DNA of 63,946 nucleotides, counting the filler, from Octopus bimaculoides (Eukaryota): assembly GCF_001194135.2 (NCBI RefSeq). It is 8 parts of 8 records of this genome, joined end to end, with 100 filler letters (N's around TTAATTAATTAA, not from the genome) between each part and the next. Parts side by side here need not be neighbours in the genome. Positions count along the whole stretch, not along the records: positions 27,057 to 32,782 come from NC_069005.1; positions 32,883 to 34,136 come from NW_026310795.1; positions 34,237 to 58,058 come from NC_068987.1; 5 more parts are not named here. One strand, 5' to 3'. Positions 28,042 through 39,527 of this stretch are shown here, in pieces. Each line of letters opens with the position of its first letter. Position 1 is the stretch's first letter. The notes beneath the pieces are model-generated. The model was not told the origin of the DNA. It worked only from the letters and a program-made list of their open reading frames with translations, and did not search any database. Both the position numbers and the translations under genes were made by a program.

Positions 28042-28124
<83 letters not shown>

Positions 28125-29807
28125 NNNNNNNNNNNNNNNNNNNNNNNNNNNNNNNNNNNNNNNNNNNNNNNNNNNNNNNNNNNNNNNNNNNNNNNNNNNN
28201 NNNNNNNNNNNNNNNNNNNNNNNNNNNNNNNNNNNNNNNNNNNNNNNNNNNNNNNNNNNNNNNNNNNNNNNNNNNNNNNNNNNNNNNNNNNNNNNNNNNN
28301 NNNNNNNNNNNNNNNNNNNNNNNNNNNNNNNNNNNNNNNNNNNNNNNNNNNNNNNNNNNNNNNNNNNNNNNNNNNNNNNNNNNNNNNNNNNNNNNNNNNN
28401 NNNNNNNNNNNNNNNNNNNNNNNNNNNNNNNNNNNNNNNNNNNNNNNNNNNNNNNNNNNNNNNNNNNNNNNNNNNNNNNNNNNNNNNNNNNNNNNNNNNN
28501 NNNNNNNNNNNNNNNATATGTCATTTACGAAATACAGGACATGCATTGGAGCTACTATAAGTTTCATCTGAAATCTGTGCACATTATACGATACTTGTCT
28601 CCCACTCGATGGCGTACTTGTTTATCCAATCTACTAACAACGGAACAATACATGCACACATACAAACATACATACGTACTTACAGTAATATACATATACA
28701 TACACACATATATATATGTATGTATGTCTATATATATATATATATATGTGTATGTAAGTACTTACAGCTGGCCATTGTCTTCCTCTCAATTGCATCTATT
28801 CTTCTTTCTCCTCTACAGAGAAGAAGCAATTTATATCTACTTATACTAAATGCCATCAATCCAAGTGCTTTTGCAATTTAAACCATTATACGTGGCGCTA
28901 ACCAAATGTAGTCTCACACACACAATTAGCGAAAGCAGCGCTGGTTTATCAGACAATTTATCGAAGTTAATTCAATAACGCTTCGTCTTGCTGAAAGACA
29001 AAAACTGGAGTAGACTCTACAATAACCGAAGGAAACCAGTCGTGCTGTTCTCGAGTATGGCTTGCTTGTGGTGAAATCTGTGCTTTAATTCCGCGAATCT
29101 CTCTACACAGTGAAGTTGATTGGATGTTGATAGAGAATATAGATGGGAACTTGGTCATAATTAATTCACATACATGCTGTTATATATTTATGCATGCGTA
29201 TATGTGTGTGTCTGTGTGTGTGTAAGTGCATAACTTTTGCATATAATATGCACACGCACGCACAAACTTCTTCACGTGCACACACACACACATACACACA
29301 CAAACACACATACACACACAAACACATCATGCGTATTCGTTGGTTGGACTCATGGCGATCATGTTCACCATCTCTAACTTCCAGTACGTTATTGCCCCGG
29401 GAGAATAAGGTGGATGAGGAATTTTGCAATGAGAAAAAGGTGGATGAGGAATTGATGTTCCCTACTCCGAGGGAACATCAATAAGTTAATTAGTTAATTA
29501 ATCAATTAATAATATTCCCTTTTGTTCATTAGAAAATATGGAACAATTTTGTAAATAACAGGTATTCAACATCGTGCAGGATGCTGTATGCAAATAGAAT
29601 AACATTATAACAGAGAACGAAAGCAGTTTTCAATTCATGCTTACATATGCTTCAGTAACATGGGGATTTATTATCAGGTCATCCCATAAATCCTGTCCGA
29701 ATTTTGAATAAAGAAAACAAGCGATCAAATGTTATATTTAATTGAAATTTAATCATCAATGTACTTTCCTTGATTGTCTATGACTTCCTTCCATCTATTT
29801 ACATGTA

Positions 29808-30100
29808 GGCACATGGCTTTGTGGTTTCGGGCTTTCGATTGACGATCGTGGGGTCGTCAGTATCTTGTGCGTTGTGGCCTTGAGTAAGACAATTTATTTC
29901 ACGTTGCTCAAATTCCGCCGAGGTCGATGAATTCATCCTTTCATCCTTTTGGGGTCGATAAATTAAGTACCAGTTGCGTACTGGGATCGATCTAATCGAC
30001 TGGTTGCTTCCCCCAAAATTAGGGCCTTGTGCCTAGAGTAGAAACGAATATATTTCACGTTGCTCCACTCCACTCTGCTGGCGAAAATCAGTAGCACCTG
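29808..30100 (+). mobile_element. SINE family D interrupted by the family-B insertion
   Basis: ggcacatggctttgtgg head, gttgtggccttgagtaagac CORE/V-like motif; resumes after the TSD as cactccactctgctggcgaaaatcagtag. Confidence 0.55.
29910..30050 (+). mobile_element. SINE family B, 5'-truncated, with a 15-bp TSD
   Basis: TSD TATTTCACGTTGCTC at 29895-29909 and 30051-30065. Confidence 0.85.
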
Positions 30101-30275
30101 AAATTCAAAAGTTCCAGCCTTATTGTTCTTCCTCTTCCGGTTCATTCTGAGTCACCGTTGTTGTCCTTCCTCTTCCGGTTCCATCATAAATGTATTGGCG
30201 CTGATTTACCTATGCTTGCCTCTGACTTGCCCTCAAACATTTCTCTGTTGTTGTCAGCCCCTTGAGGAACACTTG

Positions 30276-30310
<35 letters not shown>

Positions 30311-30428
30311 GGGGTCGTAAATTTATGGCTTCCGCAATATAAATCTAATTGGAAACAACAACAACAAGTCACATCAAGGGCACCAATAGGTTTAGGTCGA
30401 GCAATAAAACTAACTAAATAAATAAATG

Positions 30429-30430
30429 AG

Positions 30431-30500
<70 letters not shown>

Positions 30501-30575
30501 TAACAACCACGAATACCAATATCAGCAACAATAACAACAACAACAAAATAATAATAATAAATATATAATAATAAT
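30429..30575. repeat. (TAA)n/(CAA)n microsatellite
   Basis: Seen directly. Confidence 0.9.
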
Positions 30576-30651
30576 GATCGTTGACATTCAAGCTTAAATC
30601 GGACTGTTTATCTTAGTCTCTCATTCTGAAAATTTATTTATTCACGCACAC

Positions 30652-30720
<69 letters not shown>

Positions 30721-32722
30721 AGCGGATTTTTATGTGAAAAGTTCGCCTAGCCATTCGATAAATAGAGGTCGATAAAACAACCACGAGATTGATGTATGTT
30801 GTTCTCAGGTCCATATGATGGACGAAACCCCCTGCAAGTTGATACCCAACCAATGCCTTAGTGCAATGTATAAAAGAAGGAATAAAATCTACATACACGC
30901 AAACGTAACTTGAATGCAATCATACACACGAACATGCGCGCACACACACATATACACACACATAAAACTCTATTGTATGTCTGTTCGTGTAACTTCCCAA
31001 TTATCATGGTGACGAGAAATAAATATTAAAAAATAAATGAAATTTGAAAAAGAACACAAGAAAATTTTTAAAATAAACAAGGGGAAAGCGCAAATAAATA
31101 AAGAAAAAATTTAACATGGCGTGTTAGCGAAACGCCTAAACAAATAAAAAATTCGACGAGAATCAGAGAAAACGGAGAGAAATACAAGTTTTATTACAAA
31201 AATAAACGAAAAGAATTGTGAATTATTATTAAAATAGATGAAAAATAGATGAAAAAATGTCCAAAGTTGAAAAATTCTATAATTTTCACAAAAATACTTG
31301 TAAATGAATGAGAATTACAAAAAAGAGAGGAAAAAAAATCTTATTTTGGAACGTAGACTACGTTTGCTGAGAATAGACACGCACGCAAAATCAATTTTAT
31401 CGTATTTTTAACGAAGTTCTTACGTAATATTGAAGACTATATGCAAGTAGAATGAGATTTGTATAGAGGAGAGCTAACAATGATTGATGCAAGCACAGAC
31501 AACAATAATAACGTAAAAACAAAGAGGGGAAAACGAGTAAGTAAGAAAAGCGATAGACAGCGTTTTATATTAAACAACAATAAGATGCAAAAAAATACGG
31601 GAAAATCAAGAGAAAATAGATAAATTGACGATAGAGGTAACGAGGGGGAAATTGATGTAAAGATAGCACAGAGGAAGAGGATGAATAGGAACGCTGAACG
31701 AGACGATTTGTCGCAGCTGTTTGGGCGCGGGCTGTTTGGCGCGGTCAATTGGATATCGAAAGCGTTTGGGCGACATTACGGTTTTGCGTTAGAAGCAAAC
31801 ATATGCACATGCACACACACACATACACTGAAACACGTACGAACATGCATGAAGAAAACACTTTTAATCATTATCAATAATAAAACACGTCTGAAACAGC
31901 TGTAGTGATCCACAATCCATCTGTTACTTTTATGCATGCACATACACACACATATCGTTGCTATTATGTTAAACTGTCGTATATTCAAATTTGTCCAAAT
32001 GCGTTTTTTTCATTATTCATTTTTTGCTTGCAATAATCAGTTCTTTTGGTCAAATTATCGTATCTCCAAGGTGCTTCAGATGTCAAGATATCAAAAATTG
32101 TTTTGCTACGGAATGGCGAAACTATTTTTTCGTTTTCTGGAAGACCAACGTTTCGGACTTACGTCACTTTTGCATAATAACAACGATATATATATATATA
32201 TATATATGTCTCTCTCTCTCTCTCTCTTGATATATATNNNNNNNNNNNNNNNNNNNNNNNNNNNNNNNNNNNNNNNNNNNNNNNNNNNNNNNNNNNTATA
32301 TATATATATATATGTATGTATGTATGTTTGTATGTATAAATATAAATATACGTATATGCATATGTATGGCTCAATGTATGAGAGCAGCTCTTAATGCCAG
32401 TTTGATATGATTCATAACTTCCGGTATTAAATCATTTATGTGCGTTAAAAACGGTGAGATACCGAAACAATTGTTACTAATTAAAAAGATCTGCTAAATT
32501 CATTTATCGTCCTCTTAATTACATTATACATACAAACATAAATACATACATGTATTCATAATATACGTACATATACCTACATACACACACGCACATACAT
32601 ATACTTACATATACACATATACATAGATACATAGATACATAGGCACATACATACATATATACTTATATATACGTACATACACATACATATACTTTTATAT
32701 ATATATACACATATATATATAC

Positions 32723-32754
<32 letters not shown>

Positions 32755-33199
32755 ATGTATATATATATATGTATATATATATNNNNNNNNNNNNNNNNNN
32801 NNNNNNNNNNNNNNNNNNNNNNNNNNTTAATTAATTAANNNNNNNNNNNNNNNNNNNNNNNNNNNNNNNNNNNNNNNNNNNNGTATATTGAACGCTGTGA
32901 AGCACGAACTGGAGAGGCGAAGAAGTGCGTGCAAAACTTGGGGAGTCCAAGACAGAAAAGAAATAGCAACCGGACACACGTGACCAGCGAGGAGTAGGGA
33001 CAAAGAGTAGCAGAGGGAGAAGAAGGGGAGGAAGTAGAATATGAGTGAGCAACGAGGGTTAGAGAGGGGGAGAGATAGTAGTAGTAACGGTGAGAGGCGA
33101 AGGACGAGCAACGAAAGATAGAGAGAGAGAGATAATAGTGACAGGGAGAGGCGAAGAACGGTAGAGGGAAGAATGAGAGGGGGAGATAGATATAGAGAT

Positions 33200-34136
33200 A
33201 GAAAGAGTCGCGTTAGAAAAATAGTTCAAAACTTAATATATATAATATTAATAGTTTCTTATTAGGAAACTAATATATTTTATACAGGGCTGCAAGGAGA
33301 AGTGCTCAGAATAATTGAGACAAGAGTAAAATATTAGTTATAGAATAAAAACGTTAGGTTAATGAATCAACATACCACACTCCCTCAATGATCATATATA
33401 AGAAATACAACATAATCCACCAAACATAAGGAATAAAAAGATATAAAAACAACGTAAGAAAAATAAAATAAATAAAAGAATAAGTAATATATAAAAAGTA
33501 AGATGCAAGATATATAACGTATAATATAAAAATTTATACACAAATATATTATTTCAACCGATAACATACAAATAAATTAAGAATAATAAATTTCAGTTAA
33601 AGGTATAACCCAATATACATGTATATTATTTCATAAAAGTTCCAAATCAAGTTAAAGTTAAAATTAATACGATTAAAAATTCAAATATATAATATAGATC
33701 GATATAAAATAAAATAAAATAAAATAAAATAAAATAAAGAAATGGGGTAAAACAAAATAGTCTATTGGTTAAAAATCAATGACAAAACTTTAAAATGATT
33801 TAACATTATTTAGAGTTAAAATATAAAGTTCTATACTTCCCTCAGGTATATTTTATAATTTAAAACAGCAGACAAGAATAGGTAAGTCCGTATCAGTTTA
33901 GTATACACAAGAGATCACAAAAACACGGGTCAAAGGTGAATACAGGCACCCAGCAGGTAAAATTCATTTCTACTTACCATGTCCAAAAGTTCACAAAACA
34001 CATGGGTCGAAAGACAAATACAGCACCCAGCAGGTATCAATCGGTAAAATCCATTTCAACCATCAGTTACAAGAGTTCACAAAAGTATGGGTCAAAAAAC
34101 AAATACAGCACCTATGGCCATTTCGGGGGTACACCA
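33200..34136 (-). mobile_element. AT-rich putative Penelope pseudo-LTR/UTR with a hammerhead 3' half at the gap edge
   Basis: Homologous to 23960-24583 (shared ctatggccatttcgggggta). Contains three ~85-bp degenerate repeats (33915-34115). Lies next to the PLE linker fragment on the same strand. Confidence 0.45.
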
Positions 34137-34236
34137 NNNNNNNNNNNNNNNNNNNNNNNNNNNNNNNNNNNNNNNNNNNNTTAATTAATTAANNNNNNNN
34201 NNNNNNNNNNNNNNNNNNNNNNNNNNNNNNNNNNNN

Positions 34237-34475
34237 GGTCGATTAGAGAAGATGTGGGAGGTGGAGGGGTCGAACTGGAGGTGCCGAAAAGCTCGGAGAA
34301 TGGAGCGTTGGAGGGGTAGGGTGGTGGGATGGTAGGTGAGGGGAAAACGGAGGCGGGAAACGGCAGGGCGGGTTTGGGGGGAGAGAGCAGATGCACGGTC
34401 CACAGAACGTGCTCTGGCAAGGGCGGTGTGGATGGTGGTGGGTGGATATCCACGCAGGCTAAAGTGGTGAGCCAT
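34237..34475 (-). mobile_element. Penelope-like element fragment (RT thumb to endonuclease linker)
   Basis: HFSLRGYPPTTIHTALARARSVDRASAL..RLRFPLTYHPTTLPLQRSILRAFRHLQFDPSTSHIF matches the recalled PLE linker F..RGYP...I..A..RA....R..AL ... LTYHP. Confidence 0.65.
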
Positions 34476-34531
34476 GATATATATATGTGTGTATATATAT
34501 ATATGTATATGTATATGTATATGTGTGTGTA

Positions 34532-34562
<31 letters not shown>

Positions 34563-35378
34563 ATATATATATATATATTATAAATTAACTACCAACAAAA
34601 ATAATTGGTAAGCTAACTCAAAAAATTATCACCAAAACAGCAGGAAAAAACGACAGTGAAGGTATGCAGACTCTTCAAGAATCGACCCTTTTGGTTATAT
34701 TAATAATAATAAAGGAGTTACGACGCAAACACGTATGTGGATGTATGTGTGTATGTATGTGTGTGTGTGTGTATGTGTTTATGACCTGTGAAGTTAGCTT
34801 CTTTGTGTATGCATACATATACATGTGAGAATGCACGTGTGTGGTGCATGAACGTGTGTGCGCGTATGAACGTGTGTGCGTGTGTGTACGGGCGCACACG
34901 CGGATGCCTGTATGTAGGTAATAGCGTTCTTTTTGCTAAAACTTTAAAAAATTTTGTTCGGTTTTTGTAATTGTGAAATTTTTTTCGCCATGAACGGTTT
35001 GTGTTTTTAAACGGAATATGTTCATTTGAATTTATACGTTTTTGCGTCGTAACTCCTTTATTATNNNNNNNNNNNNNNNNNNNNNNNNNNNNNNNNNNNN
35101 NNNNNNNNNNNNNNNNNNNNNNNNNNNNNNNNNNNNNNNNNNNNNNNNNNNNNNNNNNNNNNNNNNNNNNNNNNNNNNNNNNNNNNNNNNNNNNNNNNNN
35201 NNNNNNNNNNNNNNNNNNNNNNNNNNNNNNNNNNNNNNNNNNNNNNNNNNNNNNNNNNNNNNNNNNNNNATATACATATATATATACGTATATATATATA
35301 CATACACCCCCCACACACACACACACACGCACCCCCACGCACCCCCACATATATATATATATAAATATATGCATACGT

Positions 35379-35813
35379 ACGTCACTAAAGTGGACAGGGG
35401 CGCTAATCAGCGCAAGTATTGCTCTAAATAAGAGTTAAAACAACAAAATAGTCATAAAGGCGCTATCTTAATGAGGCGACAAGGGAGACAATCTCCCTAG
35501 GGTTACAGATAGAGCTAGATCACCGATGATTTTGTATTTTGATGCTTAACGCATCTTAACGCCAATCAGTAGCCCTCCCCGCGGCTAGGGTTAAACTCAT
35601 CACCCCTCGTCAACTCGTTATATTTCCGTAGATATATACCGTTTGTGAAACAGTACAAGTGAACATTATAAATGATACGCGTGGCTAATTCGAAAATTTA
35701 CAAACTAAAGCAGAAAGGCATACGTCACTAAAGTGAAGAAGGGCACTAATCAGCAGTAATCAACACCAGTATTGCTGGATATAAGAGTGAAAACAACTCA
35801 ATAGCCACTAAAG
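35379..35813. repeat. ~85-bp imperfect direct repeats 343 bp apart
   Basis: acgtcactaaagtg..gggc(g/a)ctaatcagc..agtattgct..ataagagt(t/g)aaaacaac at 35379-35459 and 35722-35813. Confidence 0.75.
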
Positions 35814-36335
35814 TACAAACTTTATGAGTTAAATGCGAAACCATCGTTGATCTGGTTCTATCTGTAACCGTAGGGAACTTTTCTCTCTTGTCAGCTCATT
35901 AATCTCCCTATACTTTGTTTAGATAACATACTGAATATCTTAATGACGCATTGGGCATTCCGATCATTGAAACGTCAGAAATGACACTATATAATATATA
36001 TTTCATGTCGTTCTACTGATATTTTAATTGAAAATTACTATGTTATGTAAAAGATGTATCACTTTAGTTTTTCTTACACCCATTAGTACTACATCTAAAT
36101 CCATAGATATTTATCGTATCCATATTCATAGAAAGTGGCCATTTATGAACATCTTCACTACAAAATCGTTCGCAAAAAATGTTACTTATTATCAGTCCAA
36201 CTTTTGACATTCAAAAATGTATATACATCTATATGTGTGTGTGTTTATGTGTGTATACATGCATGTACGCCTGTGTGCATTTGAAAAACTATAATTAATA
36301 ACAAATTTCACAACCATCACACAAAAACCTCTACA

Positions 36336-36413
36336 CAGATTTTCACGTTCCTGTTCGTCGGGCAGTTGTAATACTGTCTCACAACTGATCGACGACGGGA
36401 ACGTGCAACTCTG
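36336..36413 (+). ncRNA. Pre-miRNA-like hairpin (candidate)
   Basis: Arms 36344-36369 and 36381-36405 form 24 pairs with one bulge and one mismatch around an 11-nt loop. A lower stem cagatttt:caactctg extends it. No match to a miRNA family I recall. Confidence 0.4.
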
Positions 36414-36549
36414 AGTAACAGTATTTTTTTGTAATATCTTTGCAGCTTTAATAAAGAATTATATAACTCTATCTTGGGTATTCGATACTATTTTTCTACT
36501 TTATTCTGCTTTTGAGTATTTACTAGTGAATATGTGCATATATATAACT

Positions 36550-36715
36550 GAGAATTTGTCTGTCTGTCGGTATGTGTAAATCCCTAAAACACGAGAAGTA
36601 CCAAACCGATTTCGTTCAAAGTTTACATATACATTACTTATGGTCCCTGGAACGTCATGGGCTAAATACGTTTTAACTTCTTGCCTAATGCTGGCCTCTA
36701 GCAATATTTTAGACT
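36550..36715 (+). mobile_element. Possible non-autonomous Helitron/DINE-like fragment
   Basis: gtctgtctgtc..aaaccgatttcgttcaaagttt resembles the recalled DINE/HINE motif. Confidence 0.3.
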
Positions 36716-37598
36716 GCTTCGGTATTACGTCATAAAGTGCAAAAATAAGACCTATATTGTAATATCATATAATATTGTTTCATTTTTATTCTTTCACATT
36801 TAATTCTAATGTTATAACACTAAGATAATCTTATTTCTATTATATTTGAAATAAATGAATGTTTATATCCTAATGTGAGCAACAGTACGCATCGGCAACT
36901 TGCCGTCTTTACGGCCACGGCAACGCAATGCTGACATAACGAACGGCTGGCGGTTTAACGCTTCACAAAAGACAATGAGGTGGCAAGTCCAAGGTATATA
37001 AAAGTACAAACTTATTATTCAATTACCAGTTAATAATTATCGCAACATGTTAACGTTGCAAGTTATTTACAACTACATATTAACCCTTCAACTAACATTT
37101 AATACACGTGCTTAATGTATATATATATATATATGTTAAGAAATTTAGCTATAATAATCATTGTGGTATTTACCGTTAAATTAGTAGTTCGTACATGTGC
37201 TTCTATTTGCTTAAGTTGTAATCCATTTGATTACTTTACACCGCATGCAAAAATAAAGACAAAAACTGCTTACAAAAATATAGATAAATGTATAACCAAA
37301 GTTCCTGCAAATTTTACTTTATGAGGGATGTAGGACAACAAACCCAAAGGAGGTGACACAGCTTCAGTCAATGGGTCGTGTTAGACGCAGCGACGACAGC
37401 CGCAAAAGAAATATCTACTGAGAGCTATTCGGTGCGTTATAAATCGCATCCCCGCCCAAATTTTCCATGATAGGTTAGGGCCTGTAATGCTCCAAACGCA
37501 TCACATGTCACTTAGTCGAATTAGCCCACCATTTACCTTAGAAAGTATTTGTCGTCAATGCTGCACTTTCCCGTATCACCTCTTTCAACATAACTGTA

Positions 37599-37696
<98 letters not shown>

Positions 37697-38470
37697 GTAC
37701 GTGTATGTGTGTGTGTGTGTGCGTGTGTGCACGCGTGTGTATCTATACATATATATAGATATGTGTGTGTATATGAATATAAGCATGCTTGCATGTATAC
37801 ATACATATATGAATACATATATGCATACATATTAAAATAGGTGGCATCTAGCACATTTTACTGTATCTGAACTCAGATTTTCATGCTACGAAATAGAAAA
37901 TAGAATTTTTCAGATTATGCAATGTAACATTAACTGCAGCTTGAATTCCTGGACAATGAACTGCCATAGAAATTCTAAAACTAATTTAATAATTCTTTCC
38001 CAGTTTTCATTTCAGCAACAACAGGATTAAGCTTATACAGTCTTGCCTAATATATATTTTTATTTGAACTATCGTGGTAACTATCATAGTAATTGAGCAA
38101 GGTGTGTCAATCTCTTGGAAAAAAAACCCAGTTGATTTTGTTAATGGAGGGCGCCTGATGTTACGATTGATATGTTAAGTTTCACAATATTAATATGGAA
38201 ATAAGATTTACAATTTAAGATAAAGAAATGTAGGAATTTGTAATTGAATTTTTAAATAGCTGCATATCTCAGACGTTAATCAAATTTTGGAAGGGTTTGA
38301 AAATTATTCTGCAATCGTGTATATAATTTCTGATAACATAGCATATACTTTTCATAGGAGTAGAAATGTTTAATTAGACGACCCTTTGGTCAAATGTCTT
38401 AATTTTTGTGTTTCACGTTAGATATAATCGTAAGTTGAAATTTCGAGATATGAATATACAAATATTATTG

Positions 38471-38514
<44 letters not shown>

Positions 38515-39194
38515 NNNNNNNNNNNNNNNNNNNNNNNNNNNNNNNNNNNNNNNNNNNNNNNNNNNNNNNNNNNNNNNNNNNNNNNNNNNNNNNNNNNNNN
38601 NNNNNNNNNNNNNNNNNNNNNNNNNNNNNNNNNNNNNNNNNNNNNNNNNNNNNNNNNNNNNNNNNNNNNNNNNNNNNNNNNNNNNNNNNNNNNNNNNNNN
38701 NNNNNNNNNNNNNNNNNNNNNNNNNNNNNNNNNNNNNNNNNNNNNNNNNNNNNNNNNNNNNNNNNNNNNNNNNNNNNNNNNNNNNNNNNNNNNNNNNNNN
38801 NNNNNNNNNNNNNNNNNNNNNNNNNNNNNNNNNNNNNNNNNNNNNNNNNNNNNNNNNNNNNNNNATAGAGAGAGAGAGAGGAGACTGATAAAGAGAGAGA
38901 GTGAGAGAGAAAGAGAGAGAGGAGACTGATAGAGAGAGAGAGAGTGAGAGAGAAAGAGAGAAAGATCTACTTTAAAGATAATATTAAGTGAAGAAATGAG
39001 AGTTTCGAACATGATAGTAAGTGTAACTGCCATGCGCACTTAAGTTTCTTGGTATGTTTTAGCTTATACTTAATATCTATTTTGGGGTTACCGAGTGTAG
39101 GTACCTTCTCAATAAGCACATACTTACCTTTGATTTTGTAAATAATTACTTAACTTAGTGCTTACTAAATTCATTTTCATTTATTATTTTTCAG

Positions 39195-39365
39195 TTATCT
39201 TATGCTGACACAAATCCTTTATTGTCAGATCGAAAGGAATATGAAAATTTTTTCCGAACAGTACCCAGTGATAGCGATTTTAATCCGGCCAGACTTGCAC
39301 TTTTGAAGCTTTTCCAATGGTCCCGAGTTGGGACCCTCTTTGAAGATACATCCGAACATGGATAT
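39195..39365 (+). CDS. GABBR2: Internal coding exon of a GABA-B receptor (class C GPCR, ANF/Venus flytrap domain), subunit-2-like
   Basis: Acceptor ttattatttttcag ends at 39194 and donor GTAAGT starts at 39366. The 171 nt are open in phase 0: LSYADTNPLLSDRKEYENFFRTVPSDSDFNPARLALLKLFQWSRVGTLFEDTSEHGY. This matches the recalled GABA-B R2 pattern LS(F/Y)A.T.P....K.Y..FFRTVPSD...NP...LLK.F.W.RVGT. Family is secure; exact orthology to R2 is inferred. Confidence 0.85.
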
Positions 39366-39527
39366 GTAAGTAATATTTTGTTTGTGTTTCCTTAATATAA
39401 GGGACTCGTTTTTAATAGAAGAAAAACATGGCTAGTAATTTAGCGTTTGTTAATGTATACTTTTTCTTTCATTCTACGAAATGCAAGACTGTCAGGGAAT
39501 AGATGTAGAGATATCTTACACAATATG

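Noticed and set aside
31705-31775. Repeated tttgg(g)cgcg motifs as a transposon TIR
   Set aside because: No inverted partner found in the window.
32141-32170. GTGACGT..TCCGAAACGTTGGTC on - as a hammerhead
   Set aside because: The core deviates from CUGANGA at two invariant positions and there is no stem II.
33915-34115. Three repeats with differing spacers as a CRISPR array
   Set aside because: The repeats are degenerate, the spacers are related to each other, the context is eukaryotic and there are no cas genes.
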